Positions 16,115 to 25,667 of a stretch of 32,000 nucleotides of DNA are shown here, in pieces. The position numbers and the translations under genes are program-made. Position 1 is the first letter of the stretch. Every line of letters begins with the position of its first letter. Origin of the DNA: Telmatocola sphagniphila (GTDB lineage Bacteria > Planctomycetota > Planctomycetia > Gemmatales > Gemmataceae); assembly GCF_018398935.1 (NCBI RefSeq), contig NZ_CP074694.1, forward strand, positions 6,030,001-6,062,000. Direction: 5' to 3'. Below the pieces are notes generated by a model. That model ran no database searches and had not been told where the DNA came from. It saw only the letters and a program-made list of their open reading frames with translations.

Positions 16115-18991
16115 TTACTCCGGCCGTTCGGTCGCGGCACGGGCTACCGACTCGATGGTGATGGCGCAGAAGGCCGAACCGTAGTCGAGGTCGATATTCT
16201 CCATCGTGTCGTGCGTGTCGTGGTAGCCGGAACGGTTGATGTCGTAGTTTTCCATGAACAGAACGCCCGGCACTCCGGCGTCCGAGAACATCTGACCATC
16301 GGTGTTGTACAACGTGCTTTTGGGATCGAGAGGTTGCCGAATCTGACCATTGAGTTGCAAAAATGGTGCAATTTCCGGAATAGCCCCGCCGTGCGGGCTG
16401 CGGCGGCCGCGCGGCTTCCCTTCCCGTTCCGGATCTTTGTTCCAGACTGGAACCGACTCGTTCCAGATTTCCGCGGCCATGTGCGCCTGATAGGCCAGCC
16501 AGAGGGAAATCGAATCGACTCCCGGCGAAATCTGAAAGACGTCCTTTTCGTGGTCGTTGTTGTGGGCGATCATATCCGAGACATAGAGCCCCTGGATTTT
16601 TACCTTGGAAATATCCTTGGTCTTTCCCCCCGGCAGATGAATCTTCAGAGATCGCTCAACCAGACGTTGCACCAGAGCCCGGGCTCCCAGACAATCGGCT
16701 GGGAATTCTTCGCCGGTGAGATGAATCAGCCAGATATCGCAGCCTAAAAGGCCTTTTTTGCTCATCTCCAGAAAAATCGGCGCGGCCAGCATCATCGCCG
16801 CTGTGGCCGAGTGATTATCGTCGGCGCCACAGGCCGCCATACGGGCGCCGTTGCCCCCCAGCTCCTTGTAATATTTGTCGGCCATGTACGCGGTGTCGTA
16901 ATGGTCGGACATAATCACTGCCCGGCTGCGATCTTTTCCGGGGATCATGACGATCAGATCGCGCTCGGCGGCTCCCTCGTCATTCTTGAGCCAACCGCCC
17001 ATCCAGGAGTAGTCGAAATCGGTCCGCCAGCGGAAGGGAATATCACCGATGAGTACTTGGTCTTTCAGTCCGGCAGAACTCACTTTTTTGCGGTAGTAAG
17101 CCAGCAGGTGTTCGCTCAAAGGTTCCAGTTGCCGATCGTGATAGGGCAGCATCTTGCGAGTCGTTTCATCCAGGACGATGTCCGCGTTGTTCTTGTTGAG
17201 GAACATCCCTTCCGAAAGCGAAGATATCGTTTTCCAGTAGTCCAGTTCGAAGGATCGTCGGGCACTTTTCGCATAGGTCAGCGAGGCCGGGACTTTCGCA
17301 CCCTTCTTAAGAATCAACGGCTGCGGCACCGGCTCGATGAGCATCCGCACTTCAGTAGCGAGAGCTTCATTCGGCAGAGAATTCAGCCATAGATCCAGAG
17401 TCTCTCCGCGAGAGCGGGTGAGGAGCTGCTGAGCGAAACTACGCGGCAGCGGCTTATGTTTCATCAGCCTGGAGGCTTCCTCCAGCTTGCGGCAATTCAA
17501 AACGGTGACGTTCGTTTTGTGGCTCTTGGAGGTTTCATGCAGTGCCAGGGCAACTGAGGCGAGGGGATGGGAACTGATCCGCGGCCAGAGTTCGATGGCT
17601 TTATCGAGTTTGGGTTTCTGTGTGTCGTAAGCGGTGAGGTAGCCCATGGGAGCATTCGGAAGCAGAGTCGCTTCCCCCTGGGCATTGCGGTACATCACTA
17701 GCGGCCGGTGCCAGTAAACCGTATGCTTGCCCACCTGCATGGCGGGGAACAGGAAACGGTAGCCGAATAATCCGCCGGCCTGCACGGTTTTCATGGCCTT
17801 TTTCAGTTGTTCCGGGGAAGCGTTCGGTCCGTCCAAAAGTAACCGGCCGTCCTCGAACCAGAGCTGAACGTTGCGGGCCATAGGCTTGTCGTACAGTTCC
17901 AGATCATCCGGGATGGTACTGAACAAAACGTGAGTCAGCTTATGTTCCCGGCCGATCAAAGAGAGTTCATCCTGATCGCGCAGAATCTTATCCCAGCGGT
18001 GGGTTCGCTTATAAGTGTTTTTAACCTGGGCGCCGCGATGATGGGAATGGGGATGTTCCGCATTCGGCTCGTGCAGGAAGCCGGATTGCGGTACGCGTAA
18101 GCCGTTACCGCCCCGATGCCGGACGATGTTCAGAAGTAGCGGAATTTGTTGGGCGTGCGGTAGTTCCTCACAGAGTTTCTGGTAGAGTTTCGTACCCCAG
18201 AAGGTCAGGCTGCCGGGGAACGGCAGCAGACAGAGTTTGGCCGTGAGGTAGGCTTGGCGAATCGCTTCCGGCAGCTTACCGAAAGGCCGGAAAGTGAGGA
18301 GATATTTCACTTTGGCGACGCTGGCCCGGTCGCCGATGGTCAGCGGTTCCGTCCAGGAGGGCAATTCCTCTTCGGGCTCCCGCAGGATACGAAACCCGGC
18401 TTGCAGCAATTCTTTACTGTTCTCGATGGTCTCGCCATAGACCGCGTGCAACAGCCGGGCGAAGAAATGAATTCCTTCTTCGACGGGAATCTCTTTTTTG
18501 GGAGCCGAATAGAAGCTCTTCCAGAAGGCTTTGGAAGGGCCCTGCTCCGAATTTCCGAAGAGCGTCCAGGGAGTGCGGCCTTTATCGTCCTGCGTGCGGG
18601 ACAGGGCCAGGGGAAGGAGCGTTACTAATTTTTCGTGCGGCAGCTGGGGCTCGGCCGCCAATTCCGCGGGCCAGTAGGGATTTTCTTGAAGATCGAGCTT
18701 GGGGATCCCGGTGCTGGTATCGTTGTCGATCAGCCGTTCCAGCTTATGGAGGATCTGTTTCCCGACGTGCAGTAGCCCGGGCTGTAACTCCAGAGTTTCT
18801 TCGAACTGGCTGACCTGCCAGCCGTGGGGATCGTCTTCGGAAAATTCGCTCGGGGGGAAGGCCCAGGCGTCATAAGGTTTCCAGCCCAGAAGAGGCGCGG
18901 GAAGAAATTCCGAATAGGCATCGAGACGGTAATTGCCAGCACCGAGATACGGTGAAGAAGAAGGGATGAGTCTCTTCCAGCCGACAGCCAT
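16115..18991 (-). CDS. Large cytoplasmic protein: uncharacterised N-terminal region of about 650 aa fused to a C-terminal M28-like zinc peptidase domain
   Basis: No signal peptide. The C-terminal third carries M28-type metal-site strings in order: SDHYDTAY, GADDNHSATAAMM, TGEEFPADCLGARAL and SGYHDTHDTMENID. I prefer the ATG at 18991 (AAGGA upstream); the track start is 19066. Confidence 0.8.
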   Translation of the reverse strand: MAVGWKRLIPSSSPYLGAGNYRLDAYSEFLPAPLLGWKPYDAWAFPPSEFSEDDPHGWQVSQFEETLELQPGLLHVGKQILHKLERLIDNDTSTGIPKLDLQENPYWPAELAAEPQLPHEKLVTLLPLALSRTQDDKGRTPWTLFGNSEQGPSKAFWKSFYSAPKKEIPVEEGIHFFARLLHAVYGETIENSKELLQAGFRILREPEEELPSWTEPLTIGDRASVAKVKYLLTFRPFGKLPEAIRQAYLTAKLCLLPFPGSLTFWGTKLYQKLCEELPHAQQIPLLLNIVRHRGGNGLRVPQSGFLHEPNAEHPHSHHRGAQVKNTYKRTHRWDKILRDQDELSLIGREHKLTHVLFSTIPDDLELYDKPMARNVQLWFEDGRLLLDGPNASPEQLKKAMKTVQAGGLFGYRFLFPAMQVGKHTVYWHRPLVMYRNAQGEATLLPNAPMGYLTAYDTQKPKLDKAIELWPRISSHPLASVALALHETSKSHKTNVTVLNCRKLEEASRLMKHKPLPRSFAQQLLTRSRGETLDLWLNSLPNEALATEVRMLIEPVPQPLILKKGAKVPASLTYAKSARRSFELDYWKTISSLSEGMFLNKNNADIVLDETTRKMLPYHDRQLEPLSEHLLAYYRKKVSSAGLKDQVLIGDIPFRWRTDFDYSWMGGWLKNDEGAAERDLIVMIPGKDRSRAVIMSDHYDTAYMADKYYKELGGNGARMAACGADDNHSATAAMMLAAPIFLEMSKKGLLGCDIWLIHLTGEEFPADCLGARALVQRLVERSLKIHLPGGKTKDISKVKIQGLYVSDMIAHNNDHEKDVFQISPGVDSISLWLAYQAHMAAEIWNESVPVWNKDPEREGKPRGRRSPHGGAIPEIAPFLQLNGQIRQPLDPKSTLYNTDGQMFSDAGVPGVLFMENYDINRSGYHDTHDTMENIDLDYGSAFCAITIESVARAATERPE

Positions 18992-19084
18992 GGGGGATCC
19001 TTCGCTGATAGTCCGTGTGGTTGTTTCGCCGGTCCGTAGTATGGCAGGTATCGGACCGTGAAACAAGCGAAGAGTCCCAGAAAA

Positions 19085-20071
19085 TCAGGGCTTTTCATTG
19101 GAGGAAGCTGGGGGGAGTTCCCAGACTCGCAGGGTCTCATCGTCGCTACCGGTCAGCAGGAATTTCCCGTCCGAAGAAATCGCCAGTTCGTTGATCCAAT
19201 CGCTATGGCCGGTGTACGATACGGGGTTAGAAAGAGTACCGCCGTCGTCGGATGGATCGAGCTTGAATACTTTCACCATCTTTTCGGTCCCGGCGACCGC
19301 CAGGCTCTTGTCGCCGCTACCAAAAGCCAGGCTGTAAATGGTGCCCAGTCCACTGTCCGTGGTCGATTTGTCTTTGCGGCTGGTGACATCCCAGAGGATG
19401 ATATTGCCATCGTTGCCGCCACTGGCCAGCCATTTGCTGTCGGCGGAGAACCGCACCGCGTTCACGACATCTGTATGCTTTTTCAGCGGATCGAAGGATT
19501 TGTAATTACTCGTATCCCAAAGTCGAACGGTGTCGTCGGAACTGCCGCTGGCGAGCCATTTGCCATCGGCACTGAAGGCGACACTATTCACCGCATCGGT
19601 ATGGCCTTTCAAAGTCGTGTTCTGCTTGCCGGTAGCCACGTCCCAGATGATGATCGTTTCGTCATCGGAGCCGCTGGCAAGCCATTTGCCATCGGGGCTG
19701 AAAGCCACGCTGTTCACGGAATCGGTATGACCTTTAAGCGTGAAGAGAACTTTGGAAGCGGCCAAATCCCAGATCTTGACGGTTTTGTCTTCCGAAGCGC
19801 TGGCGAGAGTTTTCCCATCGGGGCTGAAAGCGAGGCCGATCACCGAATCGTCGTGACCTTTTAGGGTGGCGGTGGTTTTACCGCTTTCCATATTCCAGAG
19901 CAGGATGGTGTCGTCCGATCCGCCGGTGGCAAAGGTTTTGTTGTCGGGAGCGAAAGCCACGGCATTAATGGTGTCGGTGTGGCCTTTCAGAATCCAGCGC
20001 GGGTCTTTATCAGCCCGGGCAAGAGAGACGAACACCAGAAGAGCCACAAGCAAGAGAGGTACCCGACGCAT
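19085..20071 (-). CDS. Signal-peptide-bearing seven-bladed WD40 repeat protein
   Basis: Signal peptide MRRVPLLLVALLVFVSLARA is followed by seven blades of the form LKGHTDxVxSVAFSxDGKxLASGSxDxTxxxWD. GGGAG lies 8 nt upstream of the ATG. Confidence 0.9.
   Translation of the reverse strand: MRRVPLLLVALLVFVSLARADKDPRWILKGHTDTINAVAFAPDNKTFATGGSDDTILLWNMESGKTTATLKGHDDSVIGLAFSPDGKTLASASEDKTVKIWDLAASKVLFTLKGHTDSVNSVAFSPDGKWLASGSDDETIIIWDVATGKQNTTLKGHTDAVNSVAFSADGKWLASGSSDDTVRLWDTSNYKSFDPLKKHTDVVNAVRFSADSKWLASGGNDGNIILWDVTSRKDKSTTDSGLGTIYSLAFGSGDKSLAVAGTEKMVKVFKLDPSDDGGTLSNPVSYTGHSDWINELAISSDGKFLLTGSDDETLRVWELPPASSNEKP
19422..19800. repeat. 126-bp periodic intragenic DNA repeat (WD40 blades)
   Basis: The string ccatttgc recurs at 19430, 19556 and 19682, exactly 126 bp apart, with long flanking similarity such as gctggcgagccatttgccatcgg versus gctggcaagccatttgccatcgg. 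Confidence 0.75.
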
Positions 20072-20103
20072 CTGTCATCTCCCGGAACTGTTAGGGGACA
20101 ATA

Positions 20104-20128
20104 AAGGAGCGGCCGGAGGCCGCTCCTT
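20104..20128 (-). terminator. Probable terminator hairpin after the 148-aa gene
   Basis: 11-bp perfect stem aaggagcggcc / ggccgctcctt with a 3-nt loop. On the - strand it is followed by tattgt, only a modest U-tract. Confidence 0.5.
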
Positions 20129-20153
20129 AGTCCAATTGAACTCTTAAATTGCG

Positions 20154-20600
20154 TTAAGCTTTTTTGGCTTTGCTGATTAAAGTGACGTGCTCTGCCCGCA
20201 TATTTTTACTGGTGATGTGCACATGTTCGCCCACACGAGCCACCGCCAGACTGGCCGGAGCCTGCTGTTTGCCGGTCTGCAACGTGAACTTGGTGTCTTT
20301 GTGAATCGTGAACTTGTGCAGGTGCTGCCCGGTCTTGCCCCCCTTGGCGGCCGGTTGACTCTTCTTCTTGGCGTGATGAGCTTTGATCGTAATTTCAGCG
20401 ATCACACTATTGGCGTTGTTGGCGCCCTTTTTCTTGACGCCGGTTGCCTGACCTTGAATCGGTGTGATGGAAACGATCACCCCTTTATGCACAGCTTCGG
20501 AGCCATCTTTTTTCTTCACGCCCTTGGCGGCAAAAGCGGGAGTAGCCCCGGTAGCCAGGAAACCGATGAGAACTGCAAAAGTTGTGATAAGTCCGCGCAT
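20154..20600 (-). CDS. Secreted lysine-rich hypothetical protein
   Basis: Signal peptide MRGLITTFAVLIGFLATGATPAFA. The mature part is basic, with GVKKK occurring twice. GGAG lies upstream. No family recognised. Confidence 0.6.
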   Translation of the reverse strand: MRGLITTFAVLIGFLATGATPAFAAKGVKKKDGSEAVHKGVIVSITPIQGQATGVKKKGANNANSVIAEITIKAHHAKKKSQPAAKGGKTGQHLHKFTIHKDTKFTLQTGKQQAPASLAVARVGEHVHITSKNMRAEHVTLISKAKKA

Positions 20601-20630
20601 GGAAGAGAATCTCCGCGTCTGGGATACCCG

Positions 20631-20663
20631 AAAAAATTGGGGATCTACTAAGAATGTAGACCC
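20631..20663 (-). terminator. Rho-independent terminator after ugd
   Basis: On the - strand, gggtctac pairs with gtagatccc (one bulge) and is followed by caattttttc. On the + strand this appears as aaaaaa at 20631-20636 preceding the stem at 20639-20663. Confidence 0.6.
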
Positions 20664-20724
20664 GAATTTAGAGGTAAAGTTCCGCGGAAAGCGATTCGAA
20701 ACTCGAATTTATCGAATAGTGCAG

Positions 20725-22050
20725 TTAATTGCGACCACGGCCGATGGCATAGTAGGCAAAGCCGCGATTTTCCAGCAGCTTGGGATCGTAGAGATTCCGG
20801 CCGTCGAAAATGGCTTTTTGCTTGAGCAGCCCCGCAATCACTTCGAAATTCGGGTTTCGGAATTCCTGCCACTCCGTCACGATGATCAGCCCATCCGCGC
20901 CTTCGAGGCAGCCGTACGGCCGTTCGGAATAGCTCAGTTTGTCTTTGTAAATCTCGCGGACATTTGGCATGGCTTCCGGATCGTGAACCTGAACCTTGGC
21001 GCCGCGAGCCAGCAGGCCGTCGATGAGGGTCAGGGCCGGGGCTTCGCGAATATCGTCGGTGCGCGGTTTGAAAGCCAAGCCCCACAAAGCGAAGGTCAGC
21101 CCCTTCAAATCTTCGCCGAAATGCTTCAGCACTTTGTTCAGGAGAACATGTTTCTGAGCCTCATTCACATCGTCCACGGCCTGCATCAGTTTCATTTCCG
21201 TGCCGGTCTGACGGCCCATGCCCAGAATGGCGCGAATATCTTTCGGGAAGCAGGAGCCGCCGTAGCCCGCACCGGGGAAGAGGAACTGGAAGCCGATGCG
21301 GACGTCGTGTCCGATGCCCCGGCGAACGTCGTTGATGTCCGCCCCGAACTTGTCGCACAAGCGGGACATCTCGTTGATGAAGCTGATCTTGGTCGCCAGC
21401 ATCGCGTTGGCAGTGTACTTGGTCATCTCCGCGCTTTCCAGAGACATCACCAGGAAAGGACGCTCGGTTCGCAGAAACGGTGAGTAAAGTTCCTTGAGGA
21501 CCTCACCGGCTTCGGGCCGTGTCACGCCGATGACGACGCGATCGGGCTTCTGAAAGTCGTCGAGGGCCGCACCTTCTTTCAGAAATTCGGGATTGCTGGC
21601 CACATCGACATGTTTGCAACCGGCCGCATGCAGTCGTTCCATCAATTTGCGATTGGTGCCGACGGGAACGGTGCTCTTGATGATCACCACCCGGCTGCCG
21701 GGACCTTCATCGGGCAGGTCTTTGAGCTGTTTGGCGAGAGCATCGCCCACGGCCCAGATGGAAGAGAGATCGGCATCGCCTTCTTTGGACTGAGGCGTTC
21801 CAACGCCGATGAAAATCAAGCGGGCGTCGCGAACGGCCGACATATCGGTGGTGAAGCGAAGCCGCAGATCGCGTCGATTGCGTTCGACCAGTTCGAGAAG
21901 GCCGGGTTCGTAAATGGGCAGTTTACCGCTTTCGATAATGGCGATTTTTCGCGCATCGATGTCGATGCCGGTAACTTCGTTACCGCTTTCCGCGAAACAG
22001 GTGGCCGTCACTAATCCCACGTAACCGGTGCCGATGACTGCGATTTTCAA
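20725..22050 (-). CDS. ugd: UDP-glucose 6-dehydrogenase
   Basis: N-terminal Rossmann motif KIAVIGTGYVGL and catalytic-Cys motif GGSCFPKD. The likely start is the TTG at 22050, with GGAG 7 nt upstream. The track ATG at 22092 adds 14 residues atypical for this family. Confidence 0.93.
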   Translation of the reverse strand: MKIAVIGTGYVGLVTATCFAESGNEVTGIDIDARKIAIIESGKLPIYEPGLLELVERNRRDLRLRFTTDMSAVRDARLIFIGVGTPQSKEGDADLSSIWAVGDALAKQLKDLPDEGPGSRVVIIKSTVPVGTNRKLMERLHAAGCKHVDVASNPEFLKEGAALDDFQKPDRVVIGVTRPEAGEVLKELYSPFLRTERPFLVMSLESAEMTKYTANAMLATKISFINEMSRLCDKFGADINDVRRGIGHDVRIGFQFLFPGAGYGGSCFPKDIRAILGMGRQTGTEMKLMQAVDDVNEAQKHVLLNKVLKHFGEDLKGLTFALWGLAFKPRTDDIREAPALTLIDGLLARGAKVQVHDPEAMPNVREIYKDKLSYSERPYGCLEGADGLIIVTEWQEFRNPNFEVIAGLLKQKAIFDGRNLYDPKLLENRGFAYYAIGRGRN

Positions 22051-22445
22051 CTTGAATCTCCGAATAGGCGAGTCGTCCCCTTTTTTATCCAACGCGGTGG
22101 GAGCAACTAGTTAGCGGCCGGTTGTTAAATCGGGGAATCCGGGCTAGAAATCCAAATAATGCGGATAAATCCGATTATGCCAAGTAATGCGAGATCTTCT
22201 CGAAAAATTTCGCTTGGTAACCACTGACTTCGCCTGGTCTGCTTTAGACGCGATTTTTTTCACTGGCCAATTCGATTGCTCGGACGCTTCTCTGCCGAGC
22301 TATTTTTACTCCCACCAAAAGACTCTAGAACACGACTCGATAACACTTTAGAGCGAAGAGGGATTTGTGATGATATTTAAGGAAAAATCTTTGCAGACAG
22401 TGTGTAGGCACCGAGGAAAAGTGATGCGATGAGAGAGGAATTTTC

Positions 22446-22495
22446 GGCTGATTAAGGTAACCGAAACAGAGTCGTTCGATTACCTTTAATCAGCC
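22446..22495 (-). terminator. Long imperfect hairpin about 48 nt downstream of glgB (possible U-tract-less terminator)
   Basis: ggctgattaaggtaa (22446-22460) pairs with ttacctttaatcagcc (22480-22495) with a 1-nt bulge. No T-run follows on the - strand. Confidence 0.35.
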
Positions 22496-22542
22496 CGCAG
22501 TGGGCAAATTCCGGTTGTGGTTATTCGCCTAAACCCTTCTTC

Positions 22543-24447
22543 TCACCCTTTGAAGTACAGTATCCCCAGCGGCGGGATGGTAATATTCAACGAGAAAGGT
22601 CGGCCATGCTGCGGCACCGGTTCCGCTTGAGCACCCCCCGCATTTCCCTGACCGCTACCCCAATAGAGGTCGCTGTCGCTATTGAGCATCTCGCGCCAGT
22701 AGCCGCCGTGCGGCACGCCGACGCGATAATTGATACGGACCACGGGCGTGAAATTGCAAACGACTAGAATCGGGTCGCCTCGGCGGGACTTGCGAAGGAA
22801 CGAAAAGATACTCGCCCCGGCATCGTGACAATCGATCCATTCGAAGCCATCCGGGAAGCAATCTTCCTCGTGCAGACCCGGCTCGGCCCGATAGGAATTG
22901 TTTAGATCGGTGACCCAGCGCTGCATGCCGCCGTGAGGGGGATGATTGGGTTGTTCCCAGTGCAGGGAGGAATCGTGCTTCCATTCTTGCCACTGGCCCC
23001 ATTCGGCTCCCATGAAGAGCAGTTTCTTGCCCGGCATCGCGTACATGTAGCCGTAGAGCAGGCGGAGATTGGCGAACTTCTGCCAGTCATCGCCCGGCAT
23101 CTTGTTCAGGATCGAGCCTTTGCCATGCACCACTTCGTCGTGCGAGAGCGGCAGCACGAAATTCTCGCTGAAAGCGTAGATCATGCGGAAGCTGAGTTCG
23201 CCGTGATGGAACTTGCGGTGGATCGGTTCGCGAGCCATGTACTTCAGCGAATCGTGCATCCAGCCCATGTCCCATTTCAGACCAAAACCGAGGCCTCCGA
23301 CGGAAGTGGGTCGGGAGACCTTCGACCAAGCCGTCGATTCCTCGGCGTAGGTCTGCACATCGGGATAGTGCCGATAGACCGTTTCATTGAACTGGCGCAG
23401 GAAACCGATCGCTTCCAGATTCTCGTTGCCGCCGTGAGTGTTGGGGATCCATTCCCCGGCTTTGCGGGAATAATCGAGGTAAAGCATGGAGGCGACGGCA
23501 TCGACGCGCAAGCCATCGATGTGGAATTTTTCGAGCCAGAACATGGCCGAGGAGAGCAGGAAAGCCCGCACTTCATGCCGGCCATAGTTGAAGATCATCG
23601 AACCCCAGTCGGGGTGGAAACCCTGGCGCGGGTCGGCATGTTCGAACAGATGCGTGCCGTCGAAGTAGGCCAGGCCATGCTCGTCATTGGGGAAGTGGGA
23701 GGGAACCCAGTCGAGAATGACGCCGATGCCGCGCTGGTGCAGGTAATCGATCAGATACATGAAATCCTGAGGCGAACCGAAACGGCTGGTCGGTGCAAAG
23801 AAGCCGGTGGTTTGATAGCCCCAGGAGCCGTAGAAGGGGTGCTCCGTCAACGGCATGAATTCGACGTGAGTGAATCCGGTCTGGCGGACATACTCGGCCA
23901 GCTTCACCGCGAGTTCCCGGTAGGTCAGCCAGCGATTGCCCTCTTCCGACATCCGCATCCAGGAACCGGCGTGCACTTCGTAAATCGCAATCGGTGCCTG
24001 GAGGGAATTTTTTTTGTGGCGAATCTGCATCCAGTCCTGGTCGTGCCATTCGTAGTCGATGTTCCAGACTACCGAGCCGGTGCGGGGCGGCTCTTCGTGC
24101 CGATAACCGTAGGGGTCGGCTTTATCGACGTGGTAACCGGCGACTGTGGATTCGATGTGGTACTTATAGCAGGCTCCCGGCCCGACGCCGGGAATGAAAG
24201 TCAGCCAGATGCCGGACTTGCCTTGCGGCTGCATCGGATGGCGGGTTTTGTCCCAGCCGTTGAAATCGCCTATGACGAAGACGCTTTCCGCACTCGGCGC
24301 CCAGACGGCGAATTGAGTGCCAGTCTTACCCTCCCGGGTGACCGTGTGGGCTCCCAGCTTTTCGTACAGCCGGTAGTGATTACCTTCATTGAAGAGGTAA
24401 AGGTCTTGTTCACCGAGAATGGCGCGGTCCGCGGGATAGATGTTCAT
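22543..24447 (-). CDS. glgB: 1,4-alpha-glucan branching enzyme (GH13)
   Basis: 634 aa with GH13 branching-enzyme strings: [34 protein letters not shown] and [12 protein letters not shown]. Confidence 0.95.
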   Translation of the reverse strand: MNIYPADRAILGEQDLYLFNEGNHYRLYEKLGAHTVTREGKTGTQFAVWAPSAESVFVIGDFNGWDKTRHPMQPQGKSGIWLTFIPGVGPGACYKYHIESTVAGYHVDKADPYGYRHEEPPRTGSVVWNIDYEWHDQDWMQIRHKKNSLQAPIAIYEVHAGSWMRMSEEGNRWLTYRELAVKLAEYVRQTGFTHVEFMPLTEHPFYGSWGYQTTGFFAPTSRFGSPQDFMYLIDYLHQRGIGVILDWVPSHFPNDEHGLAYFDGTHLFEHADPRQGFHPDWGSMIFNYGRHEVRAFLLSSAMFWLEKFHIDGLRVDAVASMLYLDYSRKAGEWIPNTHGGNENLEAIGFLRQFNETVYRHYPDVQTYAEESTAWSKVSRPTSVGGLGFGLKWDMGWMHDSLKYMAREPIHRKFHHGELSFRMIYAFSENFVLPLSHDEVVHGKGSILNKMPGDDWQKFANLRLLYGYMYAMPGKKLLFMGAEWGQWQEWKHDSSLHWEQPNHPPHGGMQRWVTDLNNSYRAEPGLHEEDCFPDGFEWIDCHDAGASIFSFLRKSRRGDPILVVCNFTPVVRINYRVGVPHGGYWREMLNSDSDLYWGSGQGNAGGAQAEPVPQHGRPFSLNITIPPLGILYFKG

Positions 24448-24528
24448 GGGGAAAATTATACTAATTGAGGCAACTCAGGAAGTCGCCATCTGCCCGAGTC
24501 TTAAAATCTTTAGGAGCTTCACTCTCAT

Positions 24529-25557
24529 TTACTTCCAGAGAACCACGACACCGAGGTACTGCTCTTTCTTCTTCAAAAGCCCTTCATAGGCCTCCTGAAT
24601 GCCTTCCGGCCGGATCGTATGCGTCACCAGTTTCTCGGTGGAAAGTCGCCCCGATGCCAAGGCGCCCAATAACCAGTTCTGAGCTTTGTTAATATCCCAG
24701 GTTCCATTCAAGCGGATGTGAGCCGGTTCGAACAGCATATTGCCATGAGCGCCGCATACTTCGATATACCGGCGGTGCAAATCGTCGTAGAAATTCACAT
24801 CCTTGGCTTTGCCACGCGGGCTGCCGACCACAATGACCTGCCCGGCATCGCAAGCAAGACTCATGGCTACCGGTACGGCATCCGGAACACCTGTCGCATC
24901 GATCACTATTTCAGCACCTCTTGTGCCAAGGATCGCCGACAACTGATCTTTGGTGTCGCCGACAGAGGGATCGATGACAAAGTTCGCTCCGGCGGCCAGG
25001 GACGCTTCACGGCGCATGCTGATGGAATCGATACCGATCACCGGATAGCATCCGGCCGCGAGTGCACAGCGCAGGGCAAACTGGCCAATAATTCCCTGAC
25101 CCAGCACCGCTACGGATCGACCCAGAGTCAACCCGGCTCGCAGGACACCTCCCAGACCGTAACGGGAAATGCAAGCCAATGCCGCTTTATCGTAGCTTAG
25201 GCCTTCGGGCATCTTCCAGAGCCTGCCTCGTTCGTGGCCCAGGGTCAGCAGTTCGTGGGAAGCGTGGTTCCCCGGATAACTGACCCGGTCGCCGGCTTTC
25301 CAACCGGAAATTTCCGAGCCAACGGCTACCACCCGACCGGCGGCCGAGTAGCCCGACCGGAAGGGAAACTTCCAATCGACCATTTTCGGATCCTGAAGCC
25401 ATTGATGCGTACCGGTATAAACAGCCAGTTCGGTGCCGGCGCTGATCGCGCTGGCTTCGCATTCCACCAGGATCTGATTGGGTTTGGGGTCGGGCAGTTC
25501 CACTTCCCGGATTTCCACTTTGAAGGGTTCGACGAGGGTAGCCTGGCGGACTTTCAT
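24529..25557 (-). CDS. MDR-superfamily zinc-type alcohol dehydrogenase-like oxidoreductase
   Basis: A GroES-like N-terminal domain (SAISAGTE, GYSAAGRVVAVG) is followed by the Rossmann motif VLGQGIIGQ. Substrate is unknown. Confidence 0.85.
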   Translation of the reverse strand: MKVRQATLVEPFKVEIREVELPDPKPNQILVECEASAISAGTELAVYTGTHQWLQDPKMVDWKFPFRSGYSAAGRVVAVGSEISGWKAGDRVSYPGNHASHELLTLGHERGRLWKMPEGLSYDKAALACISRYGLGGVLRAGLTLGRSVAVLGQGIIGQFALRCALAAGCYPVIGIDSISMRREASLAAGANFVIDPSVGDTKDQLSAILGTRGAEIVIDATGVPDAVPVAMSLACDAGQVIVVGSPRGKAKDVNFYDDLHRRYIEVCGAHGNMLFEPAHIRLNGTWDINKAQNWLLGALASGRLSTEKLVTHTIRPEGIQEAYEGLLKKKEQYLGVVVLWK

Positions 25558-25667
25558 GAGTACGTATTCCCGAAGAGAACAAATTTAGATTCTGTTCTAT
25601 GAAATTGACTGCTTTTGGAGGGGGGAGAGAGCGGGCAAAGTGAAGGAGGGCGGGCGGGGCTAATTTG

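Noticed and set aside
22160-22432. Short + strand ORFs in the ugd upstream region (about 20-22 codons at 22160 and 22370)
   Set aside because: They have no hydrophobic or otherwise recognisable character. They lie on the opposite strand from both flanking genes, and ribosome-binding evidence is weak or absent.
22465-22500. tRNA-like T-arm string (gtcgttcgattacc)
   Set aside because: No acceptor, D or anticodon arms can be drawn. The segment is better explained as the right arm of the long hairpin at 22446-22495.
1233-25602. Many long ORFs antisense to or overlapping confident genes (for example 2964..3803-, 5828..6817-, 8940..9695+, 10277..11227-, 11326..12582-, 12784..13428-, 14963..15994+, 19058..19864+, 20464..21483+, 22933..24468+)
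   Set aside because: Each lies wholly inside a gene with strong motif support on the other strand or in another frame. Their translations are Arg/Gly/Pro-rich and low in complexity, which is typical of spurious frames in GC-biased DNA.
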